Below are positions 48,326 through 59,438 of a stretch of 64,000 bases of DNA, piece after piece (the first letter of the stretch is position 1; each line of letters opens with the position of its first letter). The stretch is from an uncultured Bacteroidales bacterium (GTDB lineage: Bacteria > Bacteroidota > Bacteroidia > Bacteroidales > VadinHA17), in the NCBI GenBank assembly GCA_963732365.1, contig CAVSZC010000007.1, positions 8,625 to 72,624 on the forward strand, in the 5' to 3' direction. Under the pieces are notes generated by a model, which saw only the letters and a list, made by a program, of their open reading frames with translations, made no database searches and had not been told where the DNA came from. Both the position numbers and the translations under genes were made by a program.

Positions 48326-50245
48326 ATGAATACCATAATCGACTTGCTTGAAAACAGCGCAGCCAGGTTTGCCGGCAACCCCTACCTGCTTGAAAAGAAG
48401 ACTGACAGGTATGAGGCCATCACATACAGTGAGACCAAAGAAGAGGTCTACAAGGTTGCCGCCGGATTCATTTCATCAGGGCTCAGGAAGGGGGACCGCG
48501 TTGCGCTGATCTCCGAGTCGCGCACCGACTGGGTAATAAGTGAGCTGGGCATCCTGCATGCAGGGGCAATTAACGTCCCTCTCTCAATTATGCTCAAGGA
48601 AGGCGCTGACCTCAAATTCAGGCTTGAGCATTCTGAGACAAGGTGGGTGATCGTCTCGGGAAACCAGTCAGATAAGATTACCAATATCAGAAAAGAGCTT
48701 CCGAAAGTTGAAAGGATAATTCTTCTTGACAGGAAGGAAACCTATGGCAGCGATGAGGTATGGCTGGGCGACATTAAACTGCTTGGAGAGGAGTACCTCA
48801 AAGCAAACCGTGAGAGGTTCATGGAGATCATCCATTCAATAGGGCCCGATGACTATGCAAACATTTCATACACCTCTGGCACAACGGCTGATCCGAAAGG
48901 AATAATACTGACCCACCGTAACTACACAGCCAATATAGAACAGACACTCACCCTCATGGATGTGCCTTCGTGGTGGACCACTCTTCTGATCCTGCCGTGG
49001 GATCACTCCTTCGCCCACACCGTAGGCATCTATATAATGATGGCCACCGGAGCCAGCCTTGCAGCCGTGCAGTCGGGTAAATCATACCTTGACAGCCTGA
49101 AGAATATCCCAACCAACATCAGGGAGATCAGACCTGTATTCCTGCTCAGTGCACCTGCCCTGGCTAAAAACCTCAGGAAGGGGATCGAGAAGGGGATCAG
49201 GGACAAGGGAGGTTTCATTGAGAAATTATTTAACCATGCCATGAAGACCGCCTACAGGTATAACGGCATCGGATGGGACAGGGGAAAAGGGATGAGGATC
49301 TTCCTCAAACCCTTATACAAGTTATATGACATCATTTTATTCAAAAAAATAAGGGCCAGCCTCGGAGGGAGACTCAAGTTCTTCTTCGGCGGGGCAGCAC
49401 TGCTCGACATCGAGCTGCAAAGGTTCTTCTATGCGATAGGAATTCCGATGCTGCAGGGCTACGGCCTGTCAGAGGCCTCTCCCGTAATCTCGGGAAACAC
49501 CGAGCTGAGGCATAAACTCGGATCTTCAGGTACAGTGGTAAAAAAGCTTGAGCTGAATATCTGCGACGACCAGGGGAGCGAGCTGCCGACCGGTGCAAAG
49601 GGAGAGATAGTTATCCGGGGAGAAAATGTGATGAAAGGCTACTGGAAGAATGAAAAGGCCACGAGGGAAGTGTTGCGCGACGGGTGGCTCCATACAGGTG
49701 ATATGGGATACGTCGATGAAGACGGATTCCTCTATGTCCTCGGCAGGTTCAAAAGCCTGCTCATTGCTGACGACGGGGAAAAATACAGTCCTGAGGGTAT
49801 AGAGGAGACCATAACAGACCGCTCAGCATATATCGATCAGTTCGTGCTGTACAATAACCAGAACAAATACACCACCGCACTCCTGGTACCCAATAAGGAA
49901 GCCATTATGAGATGGGCTAAAAGTCACAATATCAATCTGTCAGAGGTCAAGGGTCAGGAAGCGGTGCTTGCGGAGATTGACTCAGTGATAAGCCAGTATA
50001 AACCGGGCGGCACCTATGATGACCTTTTCCCCTCAAGGTGGCTGCCGGCAGCTGTTGCCATCATTGCTGAACCGTTTTCAATTGATAACGGGCTGATAAA
50101 CAGTACCGGCAAAATGGTACGGGCCAAAGTTGTTGAACATCATAAGGGCAAAATTGATTACCTGTATACTCCGGAAGCTAAAAACATCATAAACCAGCAG
50201 AATCTTGAGGCAATAAGGATTCTATTCGGCCTCAGTCAGCATTAG
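48326..50245 (+). CDS. Long-chain fatty acid-CoA ligase (AMP-binding enzyme)
   Basis: 639 aa. YTSGTTADPKG, GYGLSE and TGDMGYVDEDGFLYVLGRFK motifs. Confidence 0.85.
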   Translation: MNTIIDLLENSAARFAGNPYLLEKKTDRYEAITYSETKEEVYKVAAGFISSGLRKGDRVALISESRTDWVISELGILHAGAINVPLSIMLKEGADLKFRLEHSETRWVIVSGNQSDKITNIRKELPKVERIILLDRKETYGSDEVWLGDIKLLGEEYLKANRERFMEIIHSIGPDDYANISYTSGTTADPKGIILTHRNYTANIEQTLTLMDVPSWWTTLLILPWDHSFAHTVGIYIMMATGASLAAVQSGKSYLDSLKNIPTNIREIRPVFLLSAPALAKNLRKGIEKGIRDKGGFIEKLFNHAMKTAYRYNGIGWDRGKGMRIFLKPLYKLYDIILFKKIRASLGGRLKFFFGGAALLDIELQRFFYAIGIPMLQGYGLSEASPVISGNTELRHKLGSSGTVVKKLELNICDDQGSELPTGAKGEIVIRGENVMKGYWKNEKATREVLRDGWLHTGDMGYVDEDGFLYVLGRFKSLLIADDGEKYSPEGIEETITDRSAYIDQFVLYNNQNKYTTALLVPNKEAIMRWAKSHNINLSEVKGQEAVLAEIDSVISQYKPGGTYDDLFPSRWLPAAVAIIAEPFSIDNGLINSTGKMVRAKVVEHHKGKIDYLYTPEAKNIINQQNLEAIRILFGLSQH

Positions 50246-50283
50246 TTACCGGTACCATAATCTATAGCTTCGTCTGCCTGGTT

Positions 50284-50685
50284 TTAATATGGTGGCTTAT
50301 GATGAACAGCAAGCCGACGACAATGAACGGTAAGGATAATAATCAATACTGACGTTATCGCCTGCCCTGCTGACTGCGTCCTGTCAAAATTATGATTGTA
50401 AATGAACAGACTGAATCCCAGCCCCAGCAGTATGAACAGGATCCCTCCCAGAAACTCGTACTTCCAGGCGAATATCAAAAACGCAATCAGCATGAAAGAT
50501 GGAATCAGGTGCATCATCAACGCCCCAAGATTCTGAAAGAAGGTTCTCTCAGACGAGAATGAATCAGAGGCGAACATGCTTATGAAAAGGATTGCCAGGA
50601 TACACAATACCCTTGGTGCCCAGTGAACTATCTTTACGCTTGTTTTCATGATATTTTCACGTTTTGTATAATCAAAGTTAGTCAA
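50284..50685 (-). CDS. Hypothetical integral membrane protein
   Basis: 133 aa with four predicted TM helices. The likely start is MKTSVKI at 50649. Confidence 0.5.
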   Translation of the reverse strand: MTNFDYTKRENIMKTSVKIVHWAPRVLCILAILFISMFASDSFSSERTFFQNLGALMMHLIPSFMLIAFLIFAWKYEFLGGILFILLGLGFSLFIYNHNFDRTQSAGQAITSVLIIILTVHCRRLAVHHKPPY

Positions 50686-50889
50686 CTATACAGATGAAGT
50701 CAATTTTATTTTAACTCCGGGTATAAACCTCCTGATAATCTTACGGTCAATGGGATGAAGCCTGGTGAATCCTTAAGTGATATAAGTTTTTATACTTACG
50801 TGTTTTAATAAATTAGGTGGCACCTTTGCAGAGTTAATTCGGGGGATGAGGTATCAAAGCCTATTTTGAACAAAGAATAAATAATAACA

Positions 50890-51666
50890 ATGGTAAAGCT
50901 CCCATTCTGGGTCTTCAGGGGTTTGTACTGGTACCTTGACAAACTGGACAAGGACCATCAGCTGGCATTCATGAATTTCGGTTATGCCGATACGGGGAAG
51001 ATGATTGACCTCGACGGAAAGGATGAAATTAACCGTTATCCCATACAGCTATACCACCATGTTGCAGAAATGATTGACCTTTCCGGGAAGGATGTTGTGG
51101 AGGTTGGTTCGGGACGGGGCGGCGGACTTTCATATGTAACCAGAAGATTCAGCCCGGCATCATCCACCGGAGTAGATATCGAAAAGAGTGCTATCGTCTT
51201 CTCGAACAGGATGTTCGGGAATGAGAGGCTTAAATACATTGCAGGCAATGCGCACAGCCTTCCCCTGCCTGACGGGTTCTGCGACGTAGTGATGAATGTA
51301 GAGTCTTCTCACAGGTATCTTTCGATGCATTCATTTGTCAGGGAAGTTTACAGGATACTTAAGCCTGAAGGACATTTTCTTTTTACCGACTTCCGGCCTG
51401 AACACCAATGGAGCGATACGATAGATCTTATAAAGGAAACCCGATTCAATATCATTGAGGAGAAGGATATAACCGGCAATGTTGTGAAGGCCCTTGAAAA
51501 AGACTCTGAACGGAGGGAGAAACTGGTAATGAAATATGCGCCGAAGGTTCTGCGCAACAGCATCCTGAATTTCTCAGGGGCAAAGGGGACTTCCACCTAC
51601 GAACACTTTCTTAACAGGAAGTTTGTTTACAGGTCATTCGTTTTGCAGAAGGACGGAATCCGCTGA
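50890..51666 (+). CDS. Class I SAM-dependent methyltransferase
   Basis: 258 aa. Motif I VVEVGSGRGGG and post-I/II motifs (DVVMNVES). Confidence 0.8.
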   Translation: MVKLPFWVFRGLYWYLDKLDKDHQLAFMNFGYADTGKMIDLDGKDEINRYPIQLYHHVAEMIDLSGKDVVEVGSGRGGGLSYVTRRFSPASSTGVDIEKSAIVFSNRMFGNERLKYIAGNAHSLPLPDGFCDVVMNVESSHRYLSMHSFVREVYRILKPEGHFLFTDFRPEHQWSDTIDLIKETRFNIIEEKDITGNVVKALEKDSERREKLVMKYAPKVLRNSILNFSGAKGTSTYEHFLNRKFVYRSFVLQKDGIR

Positions 51667-53304
51667 TCACTTTTTCTCAAATAACGAATTCAGAGTAATT
51701 CTCTGAAAAAAGATCTCCTTAGTGCCTTCATACAATATCCCGAGCGTATTTTGATCAATCATTGTAAGACATGAATAACCGAAACACTCCGGACTGTATA
51801 TCTCCAGCTGATTATCACGAGGCCAGGTAAGGCCTTCATCACAGCTTGCCTTCACGGTAACATGTGTGCGGGCATGTTTGTCATCCGGGTTTGAAAAGAG
51901 GAGTAGCCTCTTCATGGTTCCGTTCACATTCAGTTCCGCTGCTATCAGGCTGGCCATGCAGTTCGGCTCAGGGAGGGCTGAATTGGATGACGGATGCACG
52001 CTCCAGGTCAGGCCAAGATCACGGGTGACAGCCACAGCCCTACCGTTAGCCGGACCCTTGTCTGTCCTGTTCCGGTCATCACGCATGTTCAGCATGAGGC
52101 TGCCGTCAGTCAGTTCCACCACCTGCGCCTCCGTGGTATTTGATTTTGCTCCCGTGCCGATGTGCCATGTATTACCGCCGTCTTTGCTGAAGACAATTGT
52201 GGAATGGCACGTATACTGACCGCCATCGAGAGCTGTTACACCTATATCAGCCTTAAACTGGGCAGGGAATACCAGTGTCCCGTCACTCATTGTGATACCC
52301 CGTCCGGGGCCTTGCAGCAACAACTGCCAGGCCGGGTCTTTGATTTGACTGGTAATATTAACAGGTTCTGACCAGGTGAGGCCGTCATCAGTACTTTTGA
52401 CAAGGATAAACTGGCCCGTCTCCTCCGGAGTCATACCGGGCTGCGAGGCCCGCCAAAGCATCTTGTCCGTCGATGATCCGCTCATCCACAAAGCAGCGAC
52501 CCAAACAGTATTCGTAAAATGATCATAAAGGATCGAAGGGTCACCAATACCATTAAGCTTCTCCGGCAGTCCTCCGTACTCACCCATGTCCATAATAACC
52601 TTCATCGGCTCCCATTTCTGGCCACCGTCAGTGCTCCGGCTCATACCTATATCAATATCTTCCTGAAGATCCTTGCTGTTGTTGTATCTGTTGTCATAAA
52701 CCGCTATCAGTGTGCCCGCATTAGTGGTGACAAGGCCAGGTATGCGGTAGGTATCGCAGTTATCCTGTCCTGCGGCCCGGAGAACTCTCCCGAGTCTTAT
52801 TTCAGGGTCAGTCTCTGATCTTCTTAACTTTATTCTGCTGCCATCGCTGAACGAGAGCGCAACGAAGCGTATTGCGGCAGATCGGGAGATATCCGCATCA
52901 GGGAAGGCTGTAAAGCCGATGATGTAACGGTTTACGCCACGGCCGACCAGGGCATTACCCTTCAGCCTGGTCTTCTTACCCACCGCATGAGATACAGCAA
53001 AGGTGTCACACCTGCTCTCTCCCGCCTCACTGCCGCAAGCAAAAACATATGCGGATGAGAGGACCGCCGGAGCGCTTTTTCTGCTGAACCTGATCTCAAT
53101 CTCATCAACAGATAAGCTCTCTTCTGTTCCATCAGCCATGAACTGTACCGATATGAAGTCATTGCGGTCTCTCTCCGGGAAGAGCGGAGCAATAGTGAAT
53201 GTCATCCGGGCATCATAAACATTCGAATTCCTTTCATTCTGACCTGCCATGCCGGCTCCGGATAAAACCAGCATAATTGAAGCAAATATGAAACTGATTC
53301 TCAT
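51667..53304 (-). CDS. Exo-alpha-sialidase (GH33) with an N-terminal accessory domain
   Basis: 545 aa. YRIPGL (RIP motif) and four Asp-boxes (STDGGQKW, STDDGLTW, SKDGGNTW, TRDLGLTW). Confidence 0.85.
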   Translation of the reverse strand: MRISFIFASIMLVLSGAGMAGQNERNSNVYDARMTFTIAPLFPERDRNDFISVQFMADGTEESLSVDEIEIRFSRKSAPAVLSSAYVFACGSEAGESRCDTFAVSHAVGKKTRLKGNALVGRGVNRYIIGFTAFPDADISRSAAIRFVALSFSDGSRIKLRRSETDPEIRLGRVLRAAGQDNCDTYRIPGLVTTNAGTLIAVYDNRYNNSKDLQEDIDIGMSRSTDGGQKWEPMKVIMDMGEYGGLPEKLNGIGDPSILYDHFTNTVWVAALWMSGSSTDKMLWRASQPGMTPEETGQFILVKSTDDGLTWSEPVNITSQIKDPAWQLLLQGPGRGITMSDGTLVFPAQFKADIGVTALDGGQYTCHSTIVFSKDGGNTWHIGTGAKSNTTEAQVVELTDGSLMLNMRDDRNRTDKGPANGRAVAVTRDLGLTWSVHPSSNSALPEPNCMASLIAAELNVNGTMKRLLLFSNPDDKHARTHVTVKASCDEGLTWPRDNQLEIYSPECFGYSCLTMIDQNTLGILYEGTKEIFFQRITLNSLFEKK

Positions 53305-53450
53305 TGTACAAAGCTTTTAAAAAGTTGTGTAATATCAAAAGGGTAATGTGAAAGGTTAAGTTCATGTTGCAGTTATTCCTTAAATTTACATTTCATGAGA
53401 ACAGGGTATAACCTCTTCTCTCGTCACGACCTTATTGAAAATCTTTTATC

Positions 53451-54170
53451 ATGGATAACCAGGACCTGAAGATTGATCTTATTACGGCTGAGTACAGCAC
53501 ACTGGCTGACAGGGTTGAGATGAAGCTTATTGAAGTCTTTCAGAGCAGGAAGCTCAAACCTGGCGACCCCATCCCGAAGGAGAAAGATCTGGCAGTTATG
53601 ATGGGTGTAAGCAGAACGGTCATAAGGGAAGCCCTTGTGAGGTTAAAAACAATGGGATTGCTGGCTGCGAAGAAACACAAGGGCACGGTGATAAGCAGCC
53701 CTGATATATCCGCAATACTCAGAAAATCAATTATCCCGGAGGTACTTGACCGGCATACCCTGATGGATCTCTTTGAGATGAGGCTTGCCCTTGAGGTAGG
53801 AATGGCAGACTTCATTTATTCGAGAAAAACAGAAGGAGACATCGAACAGCTTGAGGATATAGTTGACATAGAGCCGGTACACTCTGCCAGCATGGTCTTT
53901 AATGTTGACCAGGAGATACGTTTCCACGGCAAACTCTACGAGATGAGCGGCAACCATACTCTGATTAACTTTCAGAATCTTGTGTTGCCTGTTTTCCAGT
54001 TAGTCTATAATACAATGTTTTTCAAGAAGGGTAAAAGGATCAAGTACAAGACACACAAAGAGCTTGTTGCCCTGCTGAAGAACGGCACTCAGGATGAATT
54101 CCGTGAGGGGATGAAGAAACACCTCGAGGATCATTTTGAGAGGATAATCACAAAGGACTATATTCAATGA
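53451..54170 (+). CDS. GntR/FadR-family transcriptional regulator (FCD C-terminal domain)
   Basis: 239 aa. HTH EKDLAVMMGVSRTVIREALVRL. Divergent from the sialidase gene. Confidence 0.8.
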   Translation: MDNQDLKIDLITAEYSTLADRVEMKLIEVFQSRKLKPGDPIPKEKDLAVMMGVSRTVIREALVRLKTMGLLAAKKHKGTVISSPDISAILRKSIIPEVLDRHTLMDLFEMRLALEVGMADFIYSRKTEGDIEQLEDIVDIEPVHSASMVFNVDQEIRFHGKLYEMSGNHTLINFQNLVLPVFQLVYNTMFFKKGKRIKYKTHKELVALLKNGTQDEFREGMKKHLEDHFERIITKDYIQ

Positions 54171-54254
54171 CATAACCGGGACAAGAGTTGATGGAATCAT
54201 GGCAGTTAAAAATCTGTAACCACTCCTGTTTTGAATTAACGGTATTCCGTTGAG

Positions 54255-55058
54255 TCATGAGCCTGTGGCATGACTCAATCCTTGCTTCAGTTTTTTCTCA
54301 GCAGCAGGAAGAAGCTCATCTCTCACCTGTAGGAAGGAAGGCTCTCTTTTAAGTGCTTTCCGGTATGCTTCGCAGGCCTGAACGTAATCGCCCGTCTTTT
54401 CATAGGTCTGTCCAAGAAGCACAATTGTATGAAGGTAACGCCAGTTGTACGGGGAAAGATCAGGATCAGACTCAAATAGCCGCAGAGCCTCATTAAGTGA
54501 CCCGATGGCTTTAGTCTTTGACCCGCCGGCAAAGGCCGGCATGTTAGCCTCAGAGTTGGCCTTTTCGATCCACACGGCTGCATTGTTTCTCCCCACCTCA
54601 ATTGCTAGGTCGAGTTGCTTCAGCGCCTTTGGCCCAAGCGAGAATGCCTTGGCAGGATTAAGTCCCATACGAAAACCGAGCAGTGCAACCCTGAAAGCCT
54701 CCCTTTCTGCATTGTATTGAGGATACGCTGCCAGGGTTTCGATATCGCTTTCAAAAGTATCAACAAGAGGTTTGGCTTCATCTTTTTTGTCAATACCTAT
54801 CAGATAGGCAATGTAACCATACCTGGCCTCAATAAACGTGAAGATATGACATGGGTCTGATGTTATCATGTAAGTATCTTTAGCTTCAGTCATAGCGTTT
54901 TTCCAGATATTCATGTCGCCTGAAATGTAGCCCATGTATACCGTTGGGTTGCTGCAATCCCGGGGGGACTGCGACAAGACTGGGGTGACAATGATTATAA
55001 GCAGGAGAATTACTGAGATTCTCATTATTCTTTTATAAAGATATATGCCTGGCTTCAA
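54255..55058 (-). CDS. Secreted TPR-like hypothetical protein
   Basis: 267 aa. Signal peptide (probable start MRISVILLL at 55025) and a TPR-like helix pair (LGQTYEKTGDYVQACEAYRKALKREP). Confidence 0.5.
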   Translation of the reverse strand: MKPGIYLYKRIMRISVILLLIIIVTPVLSQSPRDCSNPTVYMGYISGDMNIWKNAMTEAKDTYMITSDPCHIFTFIEARYGYIAYLIGIDKKDEAKPLVDTFESDIETLAAYPQYNAEREAFRVALLGFRMGLNPAKAFSLGPKALKQLDLAIEVGRNNAAVWIEKANSEANMPAFAGGSKTKAIGSLNEALRLFESDPDLSPYNWRYLHTIVLLGQTYEKTGDYVQACEAYRKALKREPSFLQVRDELLPAAEKKLKQGLSHATGS

Positions 55059-56864
55059 TCACTTTTCGCTGCTGACTGCCACAAGGGATCTGTCAGGATT
55101 ACTGTAATACTCCGGTATTACTGGCAGACCTCCATCTGCGGCAGGGGAAAACTGCTGAAAGAATTTCACCAGTGCAAGCCACTCCTTCCCCTCCTGAATG
55201 CCGTTCATATTTGGGTTGAAGTCAGCAAGAGCGCTGCCCGGATCAGTAATGAGATTACCCCCCGCGTCCTTAGGCTCAACCTTGATCAGCCCGAATGTTT
55301 TCTTTTTTACCAATGACAGGTTATCAGCCAGGTATGAGTTGGCAATTACCGAATATAGCTTCTGATCATCTTTTGATGTGTTCACTTCAGATACATTTCC
55401 CTGGTTATCTGTCAGTTCAATCTTCCGAACCTTATTGAATATCCTTCCCTCAGGGTCAAATTCGATACGGAGGTGAGAAAAGTAAGGAAAATTGGATGGC
55501 GCCGACGCTGACGTAAATAGAAGGATCTCCGTAATATTCTTTAGTTCCTTACCCGTCACCCACAGTTTTGAAAGTGGGTATCCGGGCACCAGGTCGTTGC
55601 CTGACCCCAGTGACATGGCCCTGAAGATATCAGCCACGCTCTGCACGCCAGGCTCGATCGGATCGCGGAGGACGCCTGCGGCCACGATGGCAATGTCAGT
55701 GCCGGGGCCTTCACTGTTTACATAATGGTAGATTGCATCGGCCACCAGTGCCCCTAGATTGCTTCCTGCAGCATCTCCGAACTCATCATAGAAAATCCTG
55801 TAGGGAGCATTGGCAACAGGTATATCACAGGTCATTCCCAGCGGATTTAATATGACTTCGTTTATTTTTCCCTGCTGTTCATCTATCGCCGCCTGTATCC
55901 CGGGATGAAAGGAAAGGTTGTCATCTACGGGAATAGATTCGTACCTGTCAAGTTTCACCCTGCCACCGTCTGCAAGAAGCTCAATTCTGCCAACAAATCT
56001 TCCGTTATCACCTGCCACCACAATCGGTACCCCTTTTACAATCACAGGTTCTTCAAGGTGGACATGTATATGTGCGGAGATGATCAGATCAATACCTTTT
56101 ACTTTCTTTGCAAGTTTCACATCCTCTCCGGTCCAGCCTCCTTTTTTATCCTTGGTAATGCCACAGTGAGAGAGGCAAATGATCACATCACATCCTTCCC
56201 TCTTAAGCTCTTTAACCAGTTTCTTTGTTGCCGGGATGATTTTGGTGAAGGTCACAGGAGGGGCATAGGGAGCAGATTCGTCGGCATCCTTTCCGAGGAG
56301 TGAGAAGATTCCTATTCGGAGACCTTCTTTCTCAATTATTGTATACTGTTTAATAACTCCGTCGCTGACCAATGCCTCGAATTTATCATCGGCAGGGTCT
56401 TTGCTGTCAGTGACAGCGTTGCCCAGGAGCATGACCGGTATCTCTCCCCGTTGTGATGCCAATGTGACTATCTCTGAGTATTTCTCAGGTCCGAAATCAA
56501 AGTCATGGTTCCCTATTGCCACTACGTCATATCCGGCTTCCCTCATCAGTGGCAGCTGGAATCCGGTAGCAGGCTCGAGGGCATGGAAGAGGGTGCCCAT
56601 GAGGCAGTCTCCGGCGTCAAGGACCATGGTTCCTCCCGGGTTCTCTGCCTTCACCGCAGCAATAAGGGCAGCAATGCGTGAGAATCCGCCCAGCGTAGGA
56701 TCATTGTCTGGAACGCCGGGGGTATATTTTGATTCAGGGGCGAAGCCCTGCAGGTGAGAGTGAAAATCATTGGTGTGGAGTATTGTCAGCCTTTTGCTCT
56801 CCTGCGCATTCAGCATAATGCTGAAAACCATGATAATAAGTGTAGAAATGAGGCTTGCTTTCAT
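55059..56864 (-). CDS. Bifunctional metallophosphatase / 5'-nucleotidase (UshA-like)
   Basis: 601 aa. ILHTNDFHSHL, DAGD and GNHDFDFG, plus a C-terminal 5'-nucleotidase domain. Confidence 0.85.
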   Translation of the reverse strand: MKASLISTLIIMVFSIMLNAQESKRLTILHTNDFHSHLQGFAPESKYTPGVPDNDPTLGGFSRIAALIAAVKAENPGGTMVLDAGDCLMGTLFHALEPATGFQLPLMREAGYDVVAIGNHDFDFGPEKYSEIVTLASQRGEIPVMLLGNAVTDSKDPADDKFEALVSDGVIKQYTIIEKEGLRIGIFSLLGKDADESAPYAPPVTFTKIIPATKKLVKELKREGCDVIICLSHCGITKDKKGGWTGEDVKLAKKVKGIDLIISAHIHVHLEEPVIVKGVPIVVAGDNGRFVGRIELLADGGRVKLDRYESIPVDDNLSFHPGIQAAIDEQQGKINEVILNPLGMTCDIPVANAPYRIFYDEFGDAAGSNLGALVADAIYHYVNSEGPGTDIAIVAAGVLRDPIEPGVQSVADIFRAMSLGSGNDLVPGYPLSKLWVTGKELKNITEILLFTSASAPSNFPYFSHLRIEFDPEGRIFNKVRKIELTDNQGNVSEVNTSKDDQKLYSVIANSYLADNLSLVKKKTFGLIKVEPKDAGGNLITDPGSALADFNPNMNGIQEGKEWLALVKFFQQFSPAADGGLPVIPEYYSNPDRSLVAVSSEK

Positions 56865-57026
56865 ATGATAGGAATTAGACCATTAAGGTAGGAAAAAAGC
56901 TCTAAACTACTCCGTCCTGTAATTCATGTATAAGAAATATCTGCTCGGCCCTATTAAGATAGCTTGATATCCTCAGATCAGGAGACTATTTCATTATAAC
57001 GTCAGATTAATTCAATAATCATGCAA

Positions 57027-57419
57027 TTACTTGATAATCATGAATTCACCTTTAAATCTACAAAATGTAATTGATTCGGAATATACGGAAACACTGCAAG
57101 AAATGTGTTCGTTTTCCTTGCCCATGAACTCAATGGCAAAGTTGACAGAACCATGCACGTTGGGATTTATGAAAGATAAATACTTAATAGAACTGGCGCG
57201 TGTAAGGATAATTTCATTATGCAATTCAAGAGCCAGAATTTCTTTTATAATCTGAATGCAGCATACGCCGGGCAATATCGGATTTTCAGGGAAATGGCCT
57301 TTAAAGATATCGTGTATGGCGTTGAACTCAATCAGCACATTTATTTTGTTAATTCCCTCTCTATTAATGCCTTTTACAGTGTATAAGTCATTCATCAATC
57401 TCGGTTCTTTTTTCATCAA
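57027..57419 (-). CDS. Hotdog-fold 3-hydroxyacyl-ACP dehydratase (FabZ/FabA-like)
   Basis: 130 aa. HFPENPILPGV active-site motif. Confidence 0.75.
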   Translation of the reverse strand: MMKKEPRLMNDLYTVKGINREGINKINVLIEFNAIHDIFKGHFPENPILPGVCCIQIIKEILALELHNEIILTRASSIKYLSFINPNVHGSVNFAIEFMGKENEHISCSVSVYSESITFCRFKGEFMIIK

Positions 57420-58050
57420 GGCTTATCAGATGTATGTTGAGCTTAATATTGTAGTGTGATATTGTAATAGAATCGGGTTTCATTGTGTCTTTTACATCAT
57501 ATTTTATGTTCAGTTTTTTCACCAGGTTACTGTACCTGACCACTTCCTCAACTTTATTCGTTGTGCTCTCAACAAAGCAGTAACTTGTACCGTGCCTGTC
57601 TTTTTTTCTGATGACAATCCTTCCGTTGTTTTTCTCCTGCATCACCTTAATCTTTGCGATTCCTGATGTATTGTAGAGCATCAGGTTAATATCTTCAACA
57701 AGTGTATTTACGAGGAACCGCCTGTTAAGTTCTTCGATGCAATAATGCATTTTGTAACCTCCTTGCCTGAATAATTCCATATCAAATATCTTTATGCCCA
57801 TCTCTGTCATAAAGAAAATCCGGTGACCAGTTGAGTTTTCCGGTTTGATTAACATCAATCCGCTGTAATGACCCTTTTTTAAATCTATCCCAGTCTGATA
57901 CAGGTAGCGACCTTCATTTTCACGGAACCATGCAGACTCATCGGTGCTCGCACCGTAGATTTCAGGCACCTGTTGAAAGCCATTGAAAAGGGGTAAAGAG
58001 CAACCGCTTAGTAATAGAAGTAAAAGGCTACTTAAAGCTAAATTTTTCAA
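57388..58050 (-). CDS. Hypothetical lipoprotein of the APE-like cluster
   Basis: 220 aa. Lipobox LLLSGC. Overlaps both neighbouring genes. Confidence 0.5.
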   Translation of the reverse strand: MKNLALSSLLLLLLSGCSLPLFNGFQQVPEIYGASTDESAWFRENEGRYLYQTGIDLKKGHYSGLMLIKPENSTGHRIFFMTEMGIKIFDMELFRQGGYKMHYCIEELNRRFLVNTLVEDINLMLYNTSGIAKIKVMQEKNNGRIVIRKKDRHGTSYCFVESTTNKVEEVVRYSNLVKKLNIKYDVKDTMKPDSITISHYNIKLNIHLISLDEKRTEIDE

Positions 58051-58732
58051 TAGGAATTTCTACGTTCAGTTTCTTGTTTATAAATTCAATTCTGGTATAA
58101 TCCTGTCCTGGTTCTACCAACTCCAGTCCTGAAACGGTCAGATCATTCTTGTCAAACCAGATCCGGACCTCACTAATCATCTGTATCATTTTCTCAGAGT
58201 GCGGGACGAGTATGACATGGTAATTCTTTACTGTCTCATAATATTCAAATGTATACTCCTTGTCATTCTTAAGGATCTCTCCCTGGATACAACCACTGAT
58301 GAACCTGTTGATCTCCCGAAACATACTATTTGATTGTATATTGAACTGTTTTTGATAATTATTGTCACGCGTAAACAGCTGGTCATTGCTAATAATGATA
58401 AGGTACTTGTATGGAACCAGATATTCCCAGCGGATATTATTTTCCTTCATAAAATAAAACTGTCCTTTTGAAATAACCTTTTCAGACAGGACGACAAGGT
58501 TCTTTTCCTGGATAAAATCACAGACGATCGTTGAGGTTGAACCTGCCGCTGCAGAGAGCCTGGTTTTAAAAGCCTCCACATCACTCATGGGTTTATAAGA
58601 TTCCTGCGCTGGCAGATAAGCAGAAATGGAAGACAGTACAATACAACTCAGGCAAGCCAAATATTTATTCATATGCGTCAATTCCCAAAAGCCTGTCAGG
58701 CCGTTCAAAAATATAATTCCTTGATTTTGCAT
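58028..58732 (-). CDS. LolA-like outer membrane lipoprotein carrier/sorting protein
   Basis: Likely start MNKYLACL at 58672. The pattern F.Q.K....L.....S.G.FY......IRWEY is typical of the LolA fold. Confidence 0.6.
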   Translation of the reverse strand: MQNQGIIFLNGLTGFWELTHMNKYLACLSCIVLSSISAYLPAQESYKPMSDVEAFKTRLSAAAGSTSTIVCDFIQEKNLVVLSEKVISKGQFYFMKENNIRWEYLVPYKYLIIISNDQLFTRDNNYQKQFNIQSNSMFREINRFISGCIQGEILKNDKEYTFEYYETVKNYHVILVPHSEKMIQMISEVRIWFDKNDLTVSGLELVEPGQDYTRIEFINKKLNVEIPIEKFSFK

Positions 58733-59438
58733 AGCGGATGAAACAGTCCAAAATCTTTAACGTGATTCCTCTTGTATCATGGAATAGTATAACGTCTCCC
58801 GGTCTGACCTTTTTCTTAAGTCTTTCCAATAGCTCATTCTCATCCTTTTTCACTGTATCTTTTGATCTCAGGCTCCAGCCAACAATATGGTAATTCATTT
58901 CCCTGGCTGCACTGGCAATCGAAGGATTTGTAACACCGTAAGGAGGCCTGAACAATCTTGTCTTCCTGTTTTGGATCTGACCAAGAGCATTCTCGGTTTT
59001 TCTAAGTTCAGCAACCATTCTCCCCGGACTTAAAAGATCAAAAAAGTAACCATGCGACCAGCTATGGTTCCCGATTATATGACCCTCGTCATAAATCTTT
59101 TGAATAAGTTCAGGATTCTCTGCGGCTTTGTGCCCAATGCAAAAAAATGCTGCCTTTATATTATGGCTTTTGAGTATTCCCAATATGTGCGGAGTAATTT
59201 CTTTATCCGGCCCATCATCAAATGTAAGTGCAATTGCCTTGTCTTTCGTTTCTCCAGAGCATAATACATTGCAATATAAACTTGATTTGATGTTTATTGA
59301 GCCATATGCCATCAAGGTAAAAAACGCAATAATAATGCCAATATAAACCCAGGCAGATATCCGAACTGAATAATCTATGATTAGAACTGAGATTAAGATC
59401 AAACTGAAGACAATTAATATTTTTTGATATTTCAGCAA
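58665..59438 (-). CDS. Polysaccharide deacetylase (NodB homology domain), membrane-anchored
   Basis: 257 aa. LTFDDGP, HSWSH and RPPYG motifs. Confidence 0.8.
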   Translation of the reverse strand: MLKYQKILIVFSLILISVLIIDYSVRISAWVYIGIIIAFFTLMAYGSINIKSSLYCNVLCSGETKDKAIALTFDDGPDKEITPHILGILKSHNIKAAFFCIGHKAAENPELIQKIYDEGHIIGNHSWSHGYFFDLLSPGRMVAELRKTENALGQIQNRKTRLFRPPYGVTNPSIASAAREMNYHIVGWSLRSKDTVKKDENELLERLKKKVRPGDVILFHDTRGITLKILDCFIRYAKSRNYIFERPDRLLGIDAYE